64,000 nucleotides of DNA from Chiloscyllium plagiosum (Eukaryota), in the NCBI RefSeq assembly GCF_004010195.1, contig NC_057711.1, forward strand, positions 83,251,623 through 83,315,622. The letters run 5' to 3'. How positions within the stretch are numbered: position 1 is the first letter of the stretch; each line of letters begins with the position of its first letter. Shown here piece by piece: positions 13,512 to 25,690 of the stretch. The translations under genes were made by a program, and so were the position numbers. The notes below the pieces were generated by a model. It was given only the letters and a program-made list of their open reading frames with translations. It had not been told where the DNA came from and did no database searches.

Positions 13512-15575
13512 TACAGTCTCTGTCTTCCATATCCTTTTCCACAGTCAATACTGATGCAAAATATTCATTTAGTATCTCCCCTATTTTCTGTGGCTCCACA
13601 CAAAGGCTGCCTTGCTGATCTTTGAGGTGCCCTATTCTCTCCCTAGTTACCTTCTTGTCCTTAATATATTTGTAAAAACCCTTTGGATTCTCCTTAATTC
13701 TATTTGCAAAAGCTATCTCATGTCCCGTTTTGCCCTCCTGATTTCTCTTTTAAGTATACTCCTTATTTATACTCTTCTAAGGATTCACTTGATCTATCCT
13801 GTCTATACCTGGCATATGCTTCCTTCTTTTTCTTAACCATACCCTCAATTTCTTTAGTCATCCAGCATTCCCTATATCTACCAGCCTTCCCTTTCACCCT
13901 GACAGGAATATACTTTCTCTGGATTCTTGTTATCTCATTTCTGAAGGCTTCCCATTTTCCAGCCATCCCTTTATCTGCGAACATCTGCCTCCAATCAGCT
14001 TTCAAAAGTTCTTGCCTAATACCGTCAAAATTGGCCTTTCTCCAATTTAGAACTTCAACTTTTAGATCTGGTCTATCCTTTTCCATCACGATTTTAAAAC
14101 GAATAGAATTATGGTCGCTGGCCCCAAAGTGCTCCCCCACTGACACCTCAGTCACCTGCCCTGCCTTATTTCCCAAGAGTAGGTCAGGTTTTGCACCTTC
14201 TCTAGTAGGTAGATCCACATACTGAATCAGAAAATTGTCTTGTACACACTTAAGAAATTCCCCTCCATCTAAATCTTTAACACTGTGGCAGTCCCAGCCG
14301 ATGTTTGGAAAGTTAAAATCCCCGACCATAACTACCCTATTATTCTTACAGATAGCTGAGATCTCCTTACAAATGTGTTTCTCAATTTCCCTCTGACTAT
14401 TGGTGCGGTCTATAATACAATCCCAATAAGGTGATCATCCCTTTCTTATTTCTCAGTTCCACCCAAATAACTTCCCTGGATGTATTTCCGGGAATATTCT
14501 CCCTCAGCACAGCTGTAATGCTATCCCTTATCAAAATTGCCACTCCCCCTCCTCTCTTGCCTCCCTTTCTATCCTTCCTGTAGCATTTATATCCTGGAAC
14601 ATTAAGCTACCAGTCCTGCCCATCCCTGAGCCATGTTTCCGTAATTGCTATGATATCCCAGTTCCATGTTCCTAACCATGCCCTGAGTTCATCTGCTTTC
14701 CCTGTTAGGCCCCTTGCATTGAAATAAATACAGTTTCGTTTATGAGTCCTACCTTGTCCCTGCCTGCCCTGACTGTTTGACTCACTCCTGTTCACAGCTG
14801 TACCTGCCTCAGATCGATCTCTATCCTCAGTATCTTCCTGGGTCCCAACCCCCCACCTTACTAGTTTAAATCCTCCCAAGCAGTTCTAGCAAATTTCCCT
14901 GCCAGTATATTAGTTCCCTTCCAATTTAGGTGCAATCCGTCCTTCTTGTACAGGTCACTTCTACCCCAAAAGAGATTCCAATGATCCAAAACTGTGAATC
15001 CTTCTCCCAGACACCAGCTCCTCAGCCATGCATTCATCTGCTCTACCCTCCTATTCCTGCCCTCACTAGCATATCACTGGGAGTAATCCAGATATTACTA
15101 CCCATGTGGACCTCCTTTTTAAATTTCTGCCTAACTCTCTGTAATCTCCCGTCAGAATCTCAACCTTTTCCCTTCCTATGTCGTTGGTTCCAATGTGGAC
15201 AATGACCTCCCTGCTGGCCCTTCTCCCCCGTGAGAACATTCTGCACCCTCTCTGAGACATCCTTGATCCTGGCACCAGGGAAACAACACACCATTCTGCT
15301 TTTTCTCTGCTGGCCACAGAAACATCTGTCTGTACCTCGGACTACAGAATCCCCTAACACAATTGATCTCTTGGAAGCCGATGTACCCCTCGTTGCATTA
15401 GAGCCAGTCTCAATACCAGAAACTTGGCTGCTCGGGCTACGTTCCCCTGAGAATCCATCACCCCCTACATTTTCCAAAACAGCATACCTGTTTGAAATGG
15501 GTATAGCCACAAAAGACTCCTGCTCTAGCTGCCGACCTCTCTTCCCCTTCCTGGAGTTAACCCATCTATGTGACT

Positions 15576-15609
15576 NNNNNNNNNNNNNNNNNNNNNNNNN
15601 NNNNNNNNN
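15576..15609. other. Assembly gap
   Basis: Run of 34 N. Confidence 0.99.
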
Positions 15610-17859
15610 CCATTTTTGTTCCTTCACAATCTACAGAACCCAGAAAATAACACCGTCTTATTCCTCTACAAACACTGCCCCAGGTTAAATTAATAGCTAT
15701 GGCTTATATTTTAAGTTTAATCAAGAGACTTATCTCCAAAAACACATAATCAAGAAAGAATCCAGTATACTCACTACTGCAGCCTTTCTCTTAGAGAGAC
15801 TTAAAACAACAATTAACTTATCTGATTCTGTGCTGTGAACTTCGCCCAACAATTCCTCCAAGATTAGTTGTGAATTTCACTGTTTGTTAATTTTCCCAGA
15901 TGCACTCCGATGTCCAGTGATACACGAATTCAACTCTCTCTCTCTCACACAATGCAACAGCATATAAAACAGTAATTTCTGCTCCTGGAATTCGAGGAAA
16001 TCACCTCCAACATCTAAAATACCTCAAAAACAGAGCAGCTTTTACAGCCAGAAATTTTTCCCATCCTCCATCTTGGATTACCCAGAATCCAATACTAGCG
16101 GTAATACTGTTAAGAGAAAATAATTGTATGGTACGTTTAACTAAAAACTGCACTCATTTGAATTTTTTACTCTGAATCAAAAATGGTTGCTCTTTCAAAA
16201 ATGGAAAACATGACCAATTCTTTTCTGAGGTTGGTCATTAAAGAACATTGGTAGGAAATTCTTCTGTGCATCTGGTTCACCATTGTCTTCTGAAAGGCAT
16301 TTAAGATGGCCAATAAATGTTGACCTTGTTAGGGATGCTCATATCCATTAAAGAATAAAACAAAATGAGCTTGAAGTTGTCTGTAGCTGTGTTCATTAGC
16401 ATTAATGTTCCTAACCCTGATGAACATAAAAGGTTTTCCATTCATGGAATAAAAAAATAAAAATTATAATAGTCTAATCTCAGTCCAGGGATTTGGACAC
16501 AGTCAGTCATCCATTGGGCTGGTAATAGGGGTTCTGCATCACTCTAATTCCAGACGTGAGCCATGGCCGGTCCTGCATGTCTAGTGCAAACAGTCAGGAG
16601 GGTTGTGGTAGGCCAGTTGTGAAGCAGCAGACACATCTGCTGGGGCTGGTTACTCTTCTGTCAGCTTCCTGTCCATGTAGGTTGTAGGGGGGATGTGGGG
16701 ATGGTGTGGGGAGGTGGTGTCAGTGCTGCAGATCTTTTGAGTTGAAGTCAATATGGATTTATCAGGGATACTGTTGTGTTTGGGAAATTGGGGAAATCAA
16801 CGGTGGGAATTAGAGGCAGCAACATGGGATTTAGAAGGAATGCGAATGATGAAGGGGATAATTTGACACATAAGGAAGGGAGATGACACTACATGGGAGG
16901 ACATGGGTTAATGCAGAAGAGGGTTTGTCAGCAGTTAATATCACGGTGGCCTCAAGTGAGTTTTGTGCAGCATGAAGGTGTAGTGCTGGGCCTCGGGCTA
17001 ATGATGAGAGGCAATGATGGTATAATTCCAGATAGTGTATGGAAACATGAAGAATCAGTACTGATGGGCTGCCCAGGGAATGCCAGGATGAAAAGCATAT
17101 TGTAGTTCAGAGGCCTCTTGATTAGGGCTGAGCCCATGACTTTGTGCCTACAGTAAATTCACTTGGCTCAAAAATGAGCACTGCAAATGGAAAATGGCTG
17201 CGATCACAGCTAGAATGGGTGGAATCAGAGATTTTATAAACTGCCTGAGGGACCAGGCTCTATTTGAGAGTGATGTAAGACCCTTAATGGGCAATTGTAC
17301 GAATCAGGCACTTCCACACAACGGATAGAAGTAATCTATAATCGTAGTATTGTGCATGTGAAATAACTGCAGTGACCAATTGTATGGGGTACAAATGCTG
17401 GTCACAAGCAATTTTGACTATGTCATTTGTCATTGCAGTTTCATTCTTTGAAACAAACACAATCGTACTTGTTTTTAAAATATGTGAGCCTCAAAAGACA
17501 GACAGTCCAAGAATTTACACAGTGCAAAGGTCACAGGCTGATTTCCTCTCACCTTAAACTATAAATATTAACCAATACACTCTTATCAGTAATAATGCTT
17601 TTCAAGGGTGATGTGAAACTGGGAAGATGAAGTCTCAGTACTCATACAGGACTCTCAAGTTCTTACTGTCTCTTTGTGACAAGACTGCTGATGCATTTGT
17701 CAAGTTAAGGTCTTACGTCAAAGCTCTATGGAGAGGAACTCATGGCTTCTTTGTCAGATTGCACCATATCTATAATCAGCACAATGCTGATTATTCATAT
17801 TACTAAGGGCTTGGTCTTTTTTTTTGTATGTTCACCATACAGTTTTATTGCAAATGTGT

Positions 17860-18720
17860 CTGATGGAACTAGCCACGAGTAAAGGTTCACATCCTGCTGA
17901 GGTCTAATGAGGGTGCAAAAAGATAGAGGAAGAACTGATTTGCTGGAAAATCAAGGACCATGAGCTATCTCCTCTTTGTCTGCACGGGAGGTCCACAGTC
18001 TATCACCCTCAATCCCATTTCCTCTACCTGAATGAGGCAGAGTTGGCACTGGCTAAGAATGTCCTTGGGCATTATCACAGAATTACACTAACTTCTGGAG
18101 CAAGGCCCGTGACCTGACAGGGTGAATGGCCATCGTTTCCCAGTGACCATCAAGGTGAAAGCTGCGCTAAACTTTTATGCAAGTGGCTGCTTCCTAGGAT
18201 CCACTGAATACCTGTGTGCGATCTCTCAGTCCTTGACTATAAATGTATCAAGGCTTTACCAATGGATTTTGTGCCACACCATACCACATGATCTTGTATC
18301 CCCATGATGTGGTCAATGCTACAACATGACAGTAGTCTTTTCCAAAAGAGCTGATTGTCCCTATGTGCAGGGCACTGTAGACTGCGCATTTGTTGCACTT
18401 AAAGGACCAAACATAACACAGCTGAATTTATCAGTAGGAAACTGTTCTATTCCATTAATGCTCCAGTCCTTTGTGATCATCAGTACTGTATCTTTAAGGT
18501 CTGCTCCAGATATGCCGGAAGCCTTAACGATGCTTATATCCTCAAGAATTATTGTGCTTCTGCTGCATTTGAAAGTTAGGAAGCTTCACAAGAATAGTTA
18601 CTGAGAAACCTCCATGTAACAGCACACTTTTATGGTCAATGAAGTATTCGCTAAGCCAGCTGCTTTATGGAGCTCTAAGATGCTTTGGTTTATGGTTGCT
18701 CTCCCATGATGTGTACAGTG
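17860..18720 (+). mobile_element. Decayed PIF/Harbinger (HARBI1-like) DDE transposase remnant
   Basis: GHRFPVTIKVKAALNFYASGCF...AISQS and ADCPYVQGTVDCAFVALKGP resemble the Harbinger motifs ALNFYATGSF and GFPQVQGAIDCTHV. Confidence 0.75.
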
Positions 18721-18951
18721 AAAGACAGACAATGCCTGACTGGATGCATGGCTTGGTTTCAAGCATGGCACCAGTGTCGTAAACCAGGGAGATCCTGAGC
18801 AGTTGTGAATGAATCCTGTCTGTGTCAAATAGGAGAATTGAACAAGAAGGTGCCATTGGGGTATGGTGCAAAGATAATGAGGTGAGTTTGGTCAAATGGA
18901 AAACTCACTGGATTTCATGGAGAGAAAACCTCCGTAAAACTTGCTACAAGA

Positions 18952-19251
18952 GGGTGGCATGGTGGCTCAGTGGTTAGCACTGCTGCCTCACAGTGCCAGG
19001 GACCCGGGTTCGATTCCAGCCTCGGGTGACTGTCTGTGTGGAGTTTGCACATTCTCCCCGTGTCTGTGGGGGTTTCCTCCGGGTGCTCTGGTTTCCTCCC
19101 ACAGTCCAAAGATGTGCAGGTCAGGTGAACTGGTCATGCTAAATTGTCCATATAGTTAGGGGGAATTGGTCTGGGTGGGTTACTCTCTGGAGGGTCGGTG
19201 TGGACTAGTTGGGCCTAAGGGCCTGTTTACACACTGTAGGGAATCTAATCT
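18952..19251 (+). mobile_element. HE1-type tRNA-derived SINE
   Basis: tggctcagtggttagcactgctgcctcacag, ggttcgattcc B box, tgtgtggagtttgcac body, aatct tail. Confidence 0.92.
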
Positions 19252-19329
19252 TAAAAAAAGTGGCACTCATTTAATCTCTGGTAAGAGGCAGCCCCTCGTC
19301 TCCTTTCAGCAATGTTTAAGTTAACTAGA

Positions 19330-20765
19330 GGAGCAGGAAAGAAGACGTTTCATAGAGACAGGTATTCAGCAAAGACTCTTATACAAGTCATCAGCATTGC
19401 CAAGAGGAGTGGGCAAGAATAGAACAAACCGTCAGAGACAGAGCTGGATTCATTGGAACTGACTGCCATTGGTTCTGCTGTACTACAGAGAAAGGAGTTG
19501 GCTGTTTGGTGAGTCTTGGTAGGTGGTTAAGCTCTTCTCTACTTTTAAGTTTTAACACCGAACACCAATAGGTAATGAAGTTAATAGAATATATGAAAGG
19601 TAGAATAAGTAATTGAATAATTTAATTAAAACTCATTAAGGATGGCAGTTTAGGTGAAATCTTCAGCATTAGAGAATTCATGGATACCATTGTGATCCAG
19701 AGTAAACACGACTGAAGTAAGTGTTTGAGGTTCCAGCAGCTTCACCTCAGAGTTTATGAGCTAGAAGCTAAACTGTACACACTGTGTCAGAGAGGAGTAA
19801 AGTTACCTGGCCTCTTTATACCGGGGACAGTCACATGTCTGAGAATAGGTTCTTCTGATTTGGTCAATGTATGCATTTATGAGGCAAGTAAATGGACCCT
19901 GAAGTCAGGTGTACAAGAGTGTCAGCCTCTGCAATTGTCCAATAGGTTTAAGGTTCTCTCAGCTTGTTTGCTTGAGAGTGGGGGCTACAGGGCAGACAAT
20001 GAAACTGACCATGGCACCATGGTACAGGAAGTGATTCATTTAGAGAAGCACAATGAATGTAGTTGTAAGAGATACAAGGTGAAGAGAGGAAAATAGTGAT
20101 GGGGAAATGAGTGTCAGAGAATGGCAGGGAAGGACAGAGAGGAAAAGGTAGGAATAGATCAACAATTAAAATGTTACAAAGCTAATGCAAACAAAGCTAA
20201 AGGCATTATATGTGAATATACATAATATTCATAACAAAGTAAATACATTGATAGAACACATTGAAATAAGTAATTATTGATCCGATAGCCATTCTAGAGA
20301 CATGGCTTCAGTATCCTGAATATTGAGGAGTATATGACATTCCAGAAAAATAGGAAGTTAGGTTGAAGAAAGTGTCCTATTAATCTAAGATGGCACTTGT
20401 GCAATAATTAGAGATGACCTTGGTTTAGATCAGGATTTGAATCCGTTTGGAAATGAGAACAGTAACAGAAAGAAATTACCGGTGGGAGTAGTTTACATGC
20501 CCCCAAACAGTAATGACAGTGCGACACAAAATATACAAGAATAAATGTTGGGTATGTGTGATGACAGGATGGCAATTGCCATGGGTGACTTTAATCTACA
20601 AATAAATTGGAAAACTCAGATTGGCAGTCATAGCTTAAATAGTTCATCAAGCAAAAGAGATTTGAATATGAGAGGAAACTAGCTAGGAATGTAAAATTGA
20701 TAGAAGGTATTTCTACTGATATTTTAAAAAGAAATGGTTTTAAAAAATGAGTGTTTGCCTCTAGC
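19330..20765 (+). mobile_element. Old CR1-clade LINE 5' part (ORF1 and APE remnants); RT end resumes about 22530-22760 after a nested PLE
   Basis: QQLHLRVYELEAKL and SNRFKVL ORF1-like motifs; atgggtgactttaat (MGDFN). Confidence 0.65.
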
Positions 20766-20776
20766 GAGTGAGTCAG

Positions 20777-22525
20777 AAGTCACACGACACAAGGTTATGG
20801 TCCAACAAGTTTACTTGAAATCACAAGCTTTTTGGAGTGCAGCCCCTTCATCAGGTGCAGTGTGAGAGAAGCACACAGACATAGCATTTATAGGCAGAGA
20901 AATCAAGGGCAGGCAGATCAAAAGATCATACAACTGGTGTGAGTGGAGTGTCAGATAATATGTCTCTGCAAGTGACCAAGGGTCTTAGATGGTGTGAGGA
21001 GAAAGTGAGGTCTGCAGATGCTGGAGATCAAAGTTGAAACTTTATTGCTCCTGAAGAAGGGCCTGTGCCCAAAATGTCGAATCTCCTGTTCCCTGGATGC
21101 TGCCTGACCTGCTGTGCTGTTCCAGCAATAAAGTTTCATCTTAGATGGTGTGAGTAAATGTCAACAGCTGAATAACAAGCGAAGCAATGACCTATGATCC
21201 AGTTAAATAAGGCAGAGATATAATTACAAAAATTAAGAATAAGGTGGTGCTATTAAAAATAACTGTACAACTTAATAAAGGTAGAGACATCATAACAAAG
21301 TATCAATGTGAATGTGTCAAAAGAGGACAAAGGAAGATTTTACAGGTGGTCTTTCATGCGTTTGGAACTTGGCTATCAATGTTTGCTTGCCAATTCTGCG
21401 TTGTGTATCTCGAAGGCCATTTTGGAGGGTGTTTACCTGAAGATTAGAGGCTCAATGTCCTCGATCGCTGAAGTGGGAAGGAACATTCCTGTCTGGCCAT
21501 TGTTGTGTCCATTCATCCATTGTCGTAGTGTCTGCGTGGTCTCACCAATATACTAGGCCTGAAGGCATCCTTGCCTACAGTGTATGAGATAGACAACATT
21601 GGTTGAGCCACATGAGTATCTGCTTTTTATTCTGTACCTGTAAAATCTTCTTTACTGTTCTCTTTTGACACCATCACATTGATAAATTGTTATGACCTCT
21701 CTACCTTTATTTGGTTGTACAGTTTTGGAATACTTATAATTTTGACTAAATGCTCAGCATGCGACCCTTATATCTATCATGTTATTCCAGTCATATAGTT
21801 TGTCTCCAGCACCACCTTACTTTTAATTTTTGTAATTATATCTCTGTGGTGGGTGGTGTTCTCACATGTGATGATAGTTTCCATGTTGATGATTTGACAT
21901 GTCTTGCAGCAATTGCCATGGCAGGGTTGTCTGGTGCTGTGGTCCTGAAGGCTGAGTAGTTTGTTGTGAACAATGGTGTGTCTAAGGTTTGGTGGTTGCT
22001 TGAAGGTGAGAAGTGGAGGCATGTGGATGATCTTGGCGAGATGCTCATCGTCATCAATGGCATGTTGAAGGCTAAGAAGAACATGGCACACGGAAGTATT
22101 GGATGATCAAGGGTACTCTATCGGCCTTATCCTGTGTCTGTCTTCTGAGGAGGCTGTTGCAGATTTTTGCTGTGATACGTCAGAACTGGTAATCGATGAG
22201 TTGAACATCATATCCTGTTCTTATGAAGGTGTCCTTCAAAATCTTTCAGTGTCCATTGTGTTCCTCCTCATCTGAGTACATCCTGTGAACGTGCAGGGCT
22301 TTTCTGTAAGGGATGGCTTCTTTAATACGTTTAGGGTGGAAGCTAGAGAAGTGCAGCTTCGTGAGGTTATCCATGGGCTTGAGGTAGTGTGAAGAACTGA
22401 GGTCCGTCCTTGATGGAGATGTGTGTGACCAAGAATGAAGCTGATTCTGAAGAGTAGTCCATGGTAAGCTTGGGGTGAAACTTGTTGATATCGCTATGCA
22501 GCCATTGCTGTGATTCCTCACCATG
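20777..22525 (-). mobile_element. Penelope-like retroelement (RT thumb, Cys-rich linker, GIY-YIG endonuclease, terminal repeat with hammerhead motif)
   Basis: KPMDNLTKLHFSSFHP...IPYRKAL; FKQPPNL...PCHGNCCKTC; NVVYLIHC...YIGET on the minus strand at about 21540-21605; terminal repeat 20777-20857. Contains an inverted diverged copy of 21213-21346 at about 21636-21846. Confidence 0.88.
20999..21138. mobile_element. Miniature family A element nested in the PLE
   Basis: TSD tcttagatggtgtgag at 20983-20998 and 21139-21154; CTGAAGA core at 21051 with GAAA mutated to AAAA. Confidence 0.87.
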
Positions 22526-23286
22526 AAGAATCTAGATAACTTGGGAAAATGGGCAGAAATTTTGCAGATGGAATGTAATGTGGGGAAATGTGAATGTTTT
22601 GACTTTGGTAGAAATAATAAAAAAGTAGTATTAAATGAGAAACAGCTATGGAATTTTTAAATATACAAAGATTTAGATGTTCTGGTGCATGAGTCTTGAA
22701 ATATTAGTATGCAAGTATAGCACATAATTGAAAAGGCTAATTGGATACTAGAATTCCAGAATTCTGGGCAATGCGTATTGATGAGTTTAATAACATGAAT
22801 TTGATTAAACCCTATTTGTCCAGTAGAGCGACACAGTTGGGAAGTTTGGATAAGAAGGAGGAAGAGAGAGATTGACAGGTTTGATGGGATCATGGGTCAG
22901 CTGGAGATCTGAGTAGGCTGCATCAGTTATTGGGGAAGAAGTTCAATTAATCGTAGTATGAAGGAGATTAAGGGTTGGTGGGTATGACTGGTCAATTAGA
23001 GGAAGGACGACAGACAGATCACTGTTGACCAGCTTCAATAACACTTGGAAAGTGCCCATGTTTTAATTCACTTCTGGGATGTAGTGTTACTGGCTAGGTC
23101 AGCAACTATGGTCCATCCTTAGTTGCCCTTGAGAAGATGGTGGTGCCTTGAACCGCTGCTGTCCATTTGCTTAGATATCCCCACCATGGGGAGGCAGTGA
23201 CACCTGTAACCCATGAAGAAAACTTTTAAAATGCAGTTAGGGATTTTGATCCAGCAATATTAAAGGAATGGTAATGTATTTCCATG

Positions 23287-23498
23287 ATGTGGATGTGCTG
23301 GTGTTGAACTGGAGTGGACACAATCAGAAGTCACATGATACCAGGTTATAGTCCAACAGACTTATTTGAAATCACAAACTTTCGGGTTGCTGCTCCTTTG
23401 TCAGATGAAGTGTCTTCCCCTGATAAAGGAGCAGTGCTCTGAAAGCTTGTGATTTCAAATAAATGTGTTGGATGATAACCTGGTATCAGATGATTTCC
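23287..23498. mobile_element. Miniature palindromic PLE terminal-repeat pair (family B-like)
   Basis: gatgtggatgtgctgg tail, then inverted arms ccaggttatagtccaac / gttggatgataacctgg around decayed hammerhead cores. Confidence 0.8.
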
Positions 23499-23712
23499 AA
23501 ATCAAGTTGTGAGGAGCTTTGAGGGTAATTTGCAGGTTGTGGTGCTGTCTTTTCCTTTGTAGTTGATAGTAGTCATGGCTTTGGAAGATGCAGTCCAAGT
23601 AGCCTTGGTGAATTTCTATAGTGTATCTGGTAGATGGTAGGCACTGCTGGAACTGAACATCCATGGTGGTCCGGAGTGAATGCTTATGGATGTGGTGCAA
23701 ATCCAGCAGGTT

Positions 23713-24060
23713 GCGGCACGGTACCTCAGTGGTTAGCACTGCTGCCTCACAGTGTCATGGAACCAGGTTCGATTCCACCCTCAGGTGACTGTTTGTGTGG
23801 AGTTTGCACATTCTCCCAGTGCCTGCATGTGTTTCCTCGGGGTGCTCAAGTTTACTCCCACAGTCCAAAAATATGCAGGTTAGGTGGATTGGCCACGCTA
23901 ATTTACCTATAGTGTCTAGAGATGTGCAGGTAGGTGAATTAGTTATGAGAAATGCAGGATTACAGGGATGGGGTGGGTTTGGGTCATATGCTCTTCAGAG
24001 GATTGGTGTGGACTCAATGGGCCAAATGGTCTGCTTCTGTATGTCGGGATTCTATGATTC
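23713..24060 (+). mobile_element. HE1-type SINE
   Basis: Same head and body as 18952; ctatgattc tail. Confidence 0.9.
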
Positions 24061-24267
24061 TTTGCCCTGGATGGTGTCAAACTTCTCAAATATTATTGGA
24101 GCTGAACTCATCCACGCAAGTCGGAAGATTCCATCACACTCCTGACTTGTGCCTCACGGATGGTGAATAGGCTTTAGGGGTCATGAGGTAAGTTACTCAC
24201 TGTAAGATGCATAGCCTCTAACCTGCTCTTGCAGCCACAGTATTTATATGACTAAGTCAGTTTCTAG

Positions 24268-24487
24268 ATGGAAATGTGTTGGTGGAAAAGCGCAGCAGGT
24301 CAGGCAGCATCTAGGGAACAGGAGAATCGACGTTTCGGGCATTAGCCCTTCTTCAGGAATCCTGAAGAAGGGCTAATGCCCGAAACATCGATTCTCCTGT
24401 TCCCTAGATGCTGCCTGACCTGCTGCGCTTTTCCAGCAACACATTTCCATCTCTGATCTCCAGCATCTGCAGACCTCACTTTCTCCC
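24268..24487. mobile_element. Miniature family A palindrome with two back-to-back hammerhead motifs
   Basis: Near-perfect arms of about 88 bp centred near 24358; TSD ctaagtcagtttctag at 24252-24267 and 24488-24503. Confidence 0.92.
24326..24395. ncRNA. Minimal type I hammerhead ribozyme motifs, one per strand
   Basis: + strand gaatc-CTGAAGA-a-gggc-taat-gccc-GAAA-c-atc-gattc; - strand attc-CTGAAGA-a-gggc-taat-gccc-GAAA-c-GTC-gattc. Confidence 0.75.
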
Positions 24488-25102
24488 CTAAGTCAGTTTC
24501 TAGTCAATAGTAACCCCAGGATGCTGATAGTGGGAATTCTGCAATGATAATGGCATTTTACGTCAAGGAATGATGGTTACATTTTGTCTTGTTGGAGATG
24601 GTCATTGTCTGGCACTTGAATGCCATGTATGTTATTGCTACTTGACAGCCCAAATGTGGATTTTGTTCAGGTCTCGTTGCAATTTGGCATTGACTGCATC
24701 AAAGGTCCTGCTATTCCCGGTTCTCAGCAGTGTTGAAAAATATGTTTACCTATTTGAATATGTAACTCTCACATTCATTCGAATGCCATGTTCTCATGAG
24801 CATGAAAGTCCCAGCCTGCTGCTGCCAAATTCACCTGGCTGCTAAAATCTGTGAGACATAGCCTCATTAACCTGATTGCATTAATGTCCTGCTTTACAAA
24901 AGTTGGTTACTTCTTCACCACCCCCAACTAATCTGTGACTGGTATTGGTTCTTGGATTTTATGTAAATAACACCCTGCTTTGCCTCAGGATCACTCTCCC
25001 ACCCATCTTCAATGCTGAAATTTTCCACTTAGACACCGATGAGCCACTTAACAGTTGGTGCTGATTTTCCTGCAATGTCGTTTATGAACATTTCGTTCCG
25101 AT

Positions 25103-25690
25103 AACAATAAGAACAATAGAACGAAAGAGAAGTACAGCACAGGAACAGGCCTTTGGCTCTCCAAGCCTGTGCTGATCATCATGCCCTAACTAAACTAAAA
25201 ACCAAACCTTCTGCCCTTATTCGGTCGGTATCCCTCTAAGCCCTCCCTATCACATAACCATCCGATGCCTATTAAATGTCGCATCCACAACCGTTGCTGG
25301 CAGTGCATTCCAGGCTCCTACCACTCTCTACGTGAAAAACTTCTCTCGCACGTTTCCTTTCACTTTCCCCATTGCATCTTGAATCTTTGCCCCTTTGAAA
25401 TTGAATCTTCAACCCGAGGAAAACACCTCTGACTACCCACCCTATCTATGCCTCTCATAATTTTGTAGACCTCTATCAGGTCTCCTCTCAGCTGTTGTCT
25501 TTCCACTGAAAACAATCTTAGTCTTTTCAACCTTTCCTCATAGCCAATGCCCTCAAGACCAGGCAACACCTGGTGAACCTTTTCTGCGCTCTCTCTAAAG
25601 CTTCCATGTCCTTCTGGTAGTGTGGTGACTAAAACTGCACACAGTACTCCAAATGCGGCCTAATAGGAATTTTATATAGCTGTAGCATGG
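25103..25690 (-). mobile_element. CR1 LINE 3' fragment
   Basis: MLPGLEGIGYEERLKRLRLFS...RGDLIEVYKIM; tail near 25103-25125. Confidence 0.88.

Larger units (their letters stand above)
11690..16090 (-). mobile_element. Near-full-length CR1/HER1 LINE, frameshifted: ORF1 with SGNH esterase, ORF2 with APE endonuclease and RT
   Basis: ORF1 motifs IVLGDSVVRG, CCFPGA, VIVHIGTND; APE CIYFNARGL, IAITETWL, GDFNFP, SDHN; RT DFSKAFDKV, GVPQG, FADDTK, LEYCVQFWSP, FFTQRVV; (CTAT/GACT) tail near 11692. Confidence 0.95.
23060..24690 (-). mobile_element. Old CR1/L2-clade LINE 3' region carrying nested SINE and PLE minis
   Basis: Reverse complement of the family at 55200-55950 (agttgcccttgagaagatggtgg tail). 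Confidence 0.65.

Noticed and set aside
18952..19030. tRNA genes at SINE heads
   Set aside because: A/B boxes run into the SINE body and LINE-derived tail; dispersed copies; no complete cloverleaf evident.
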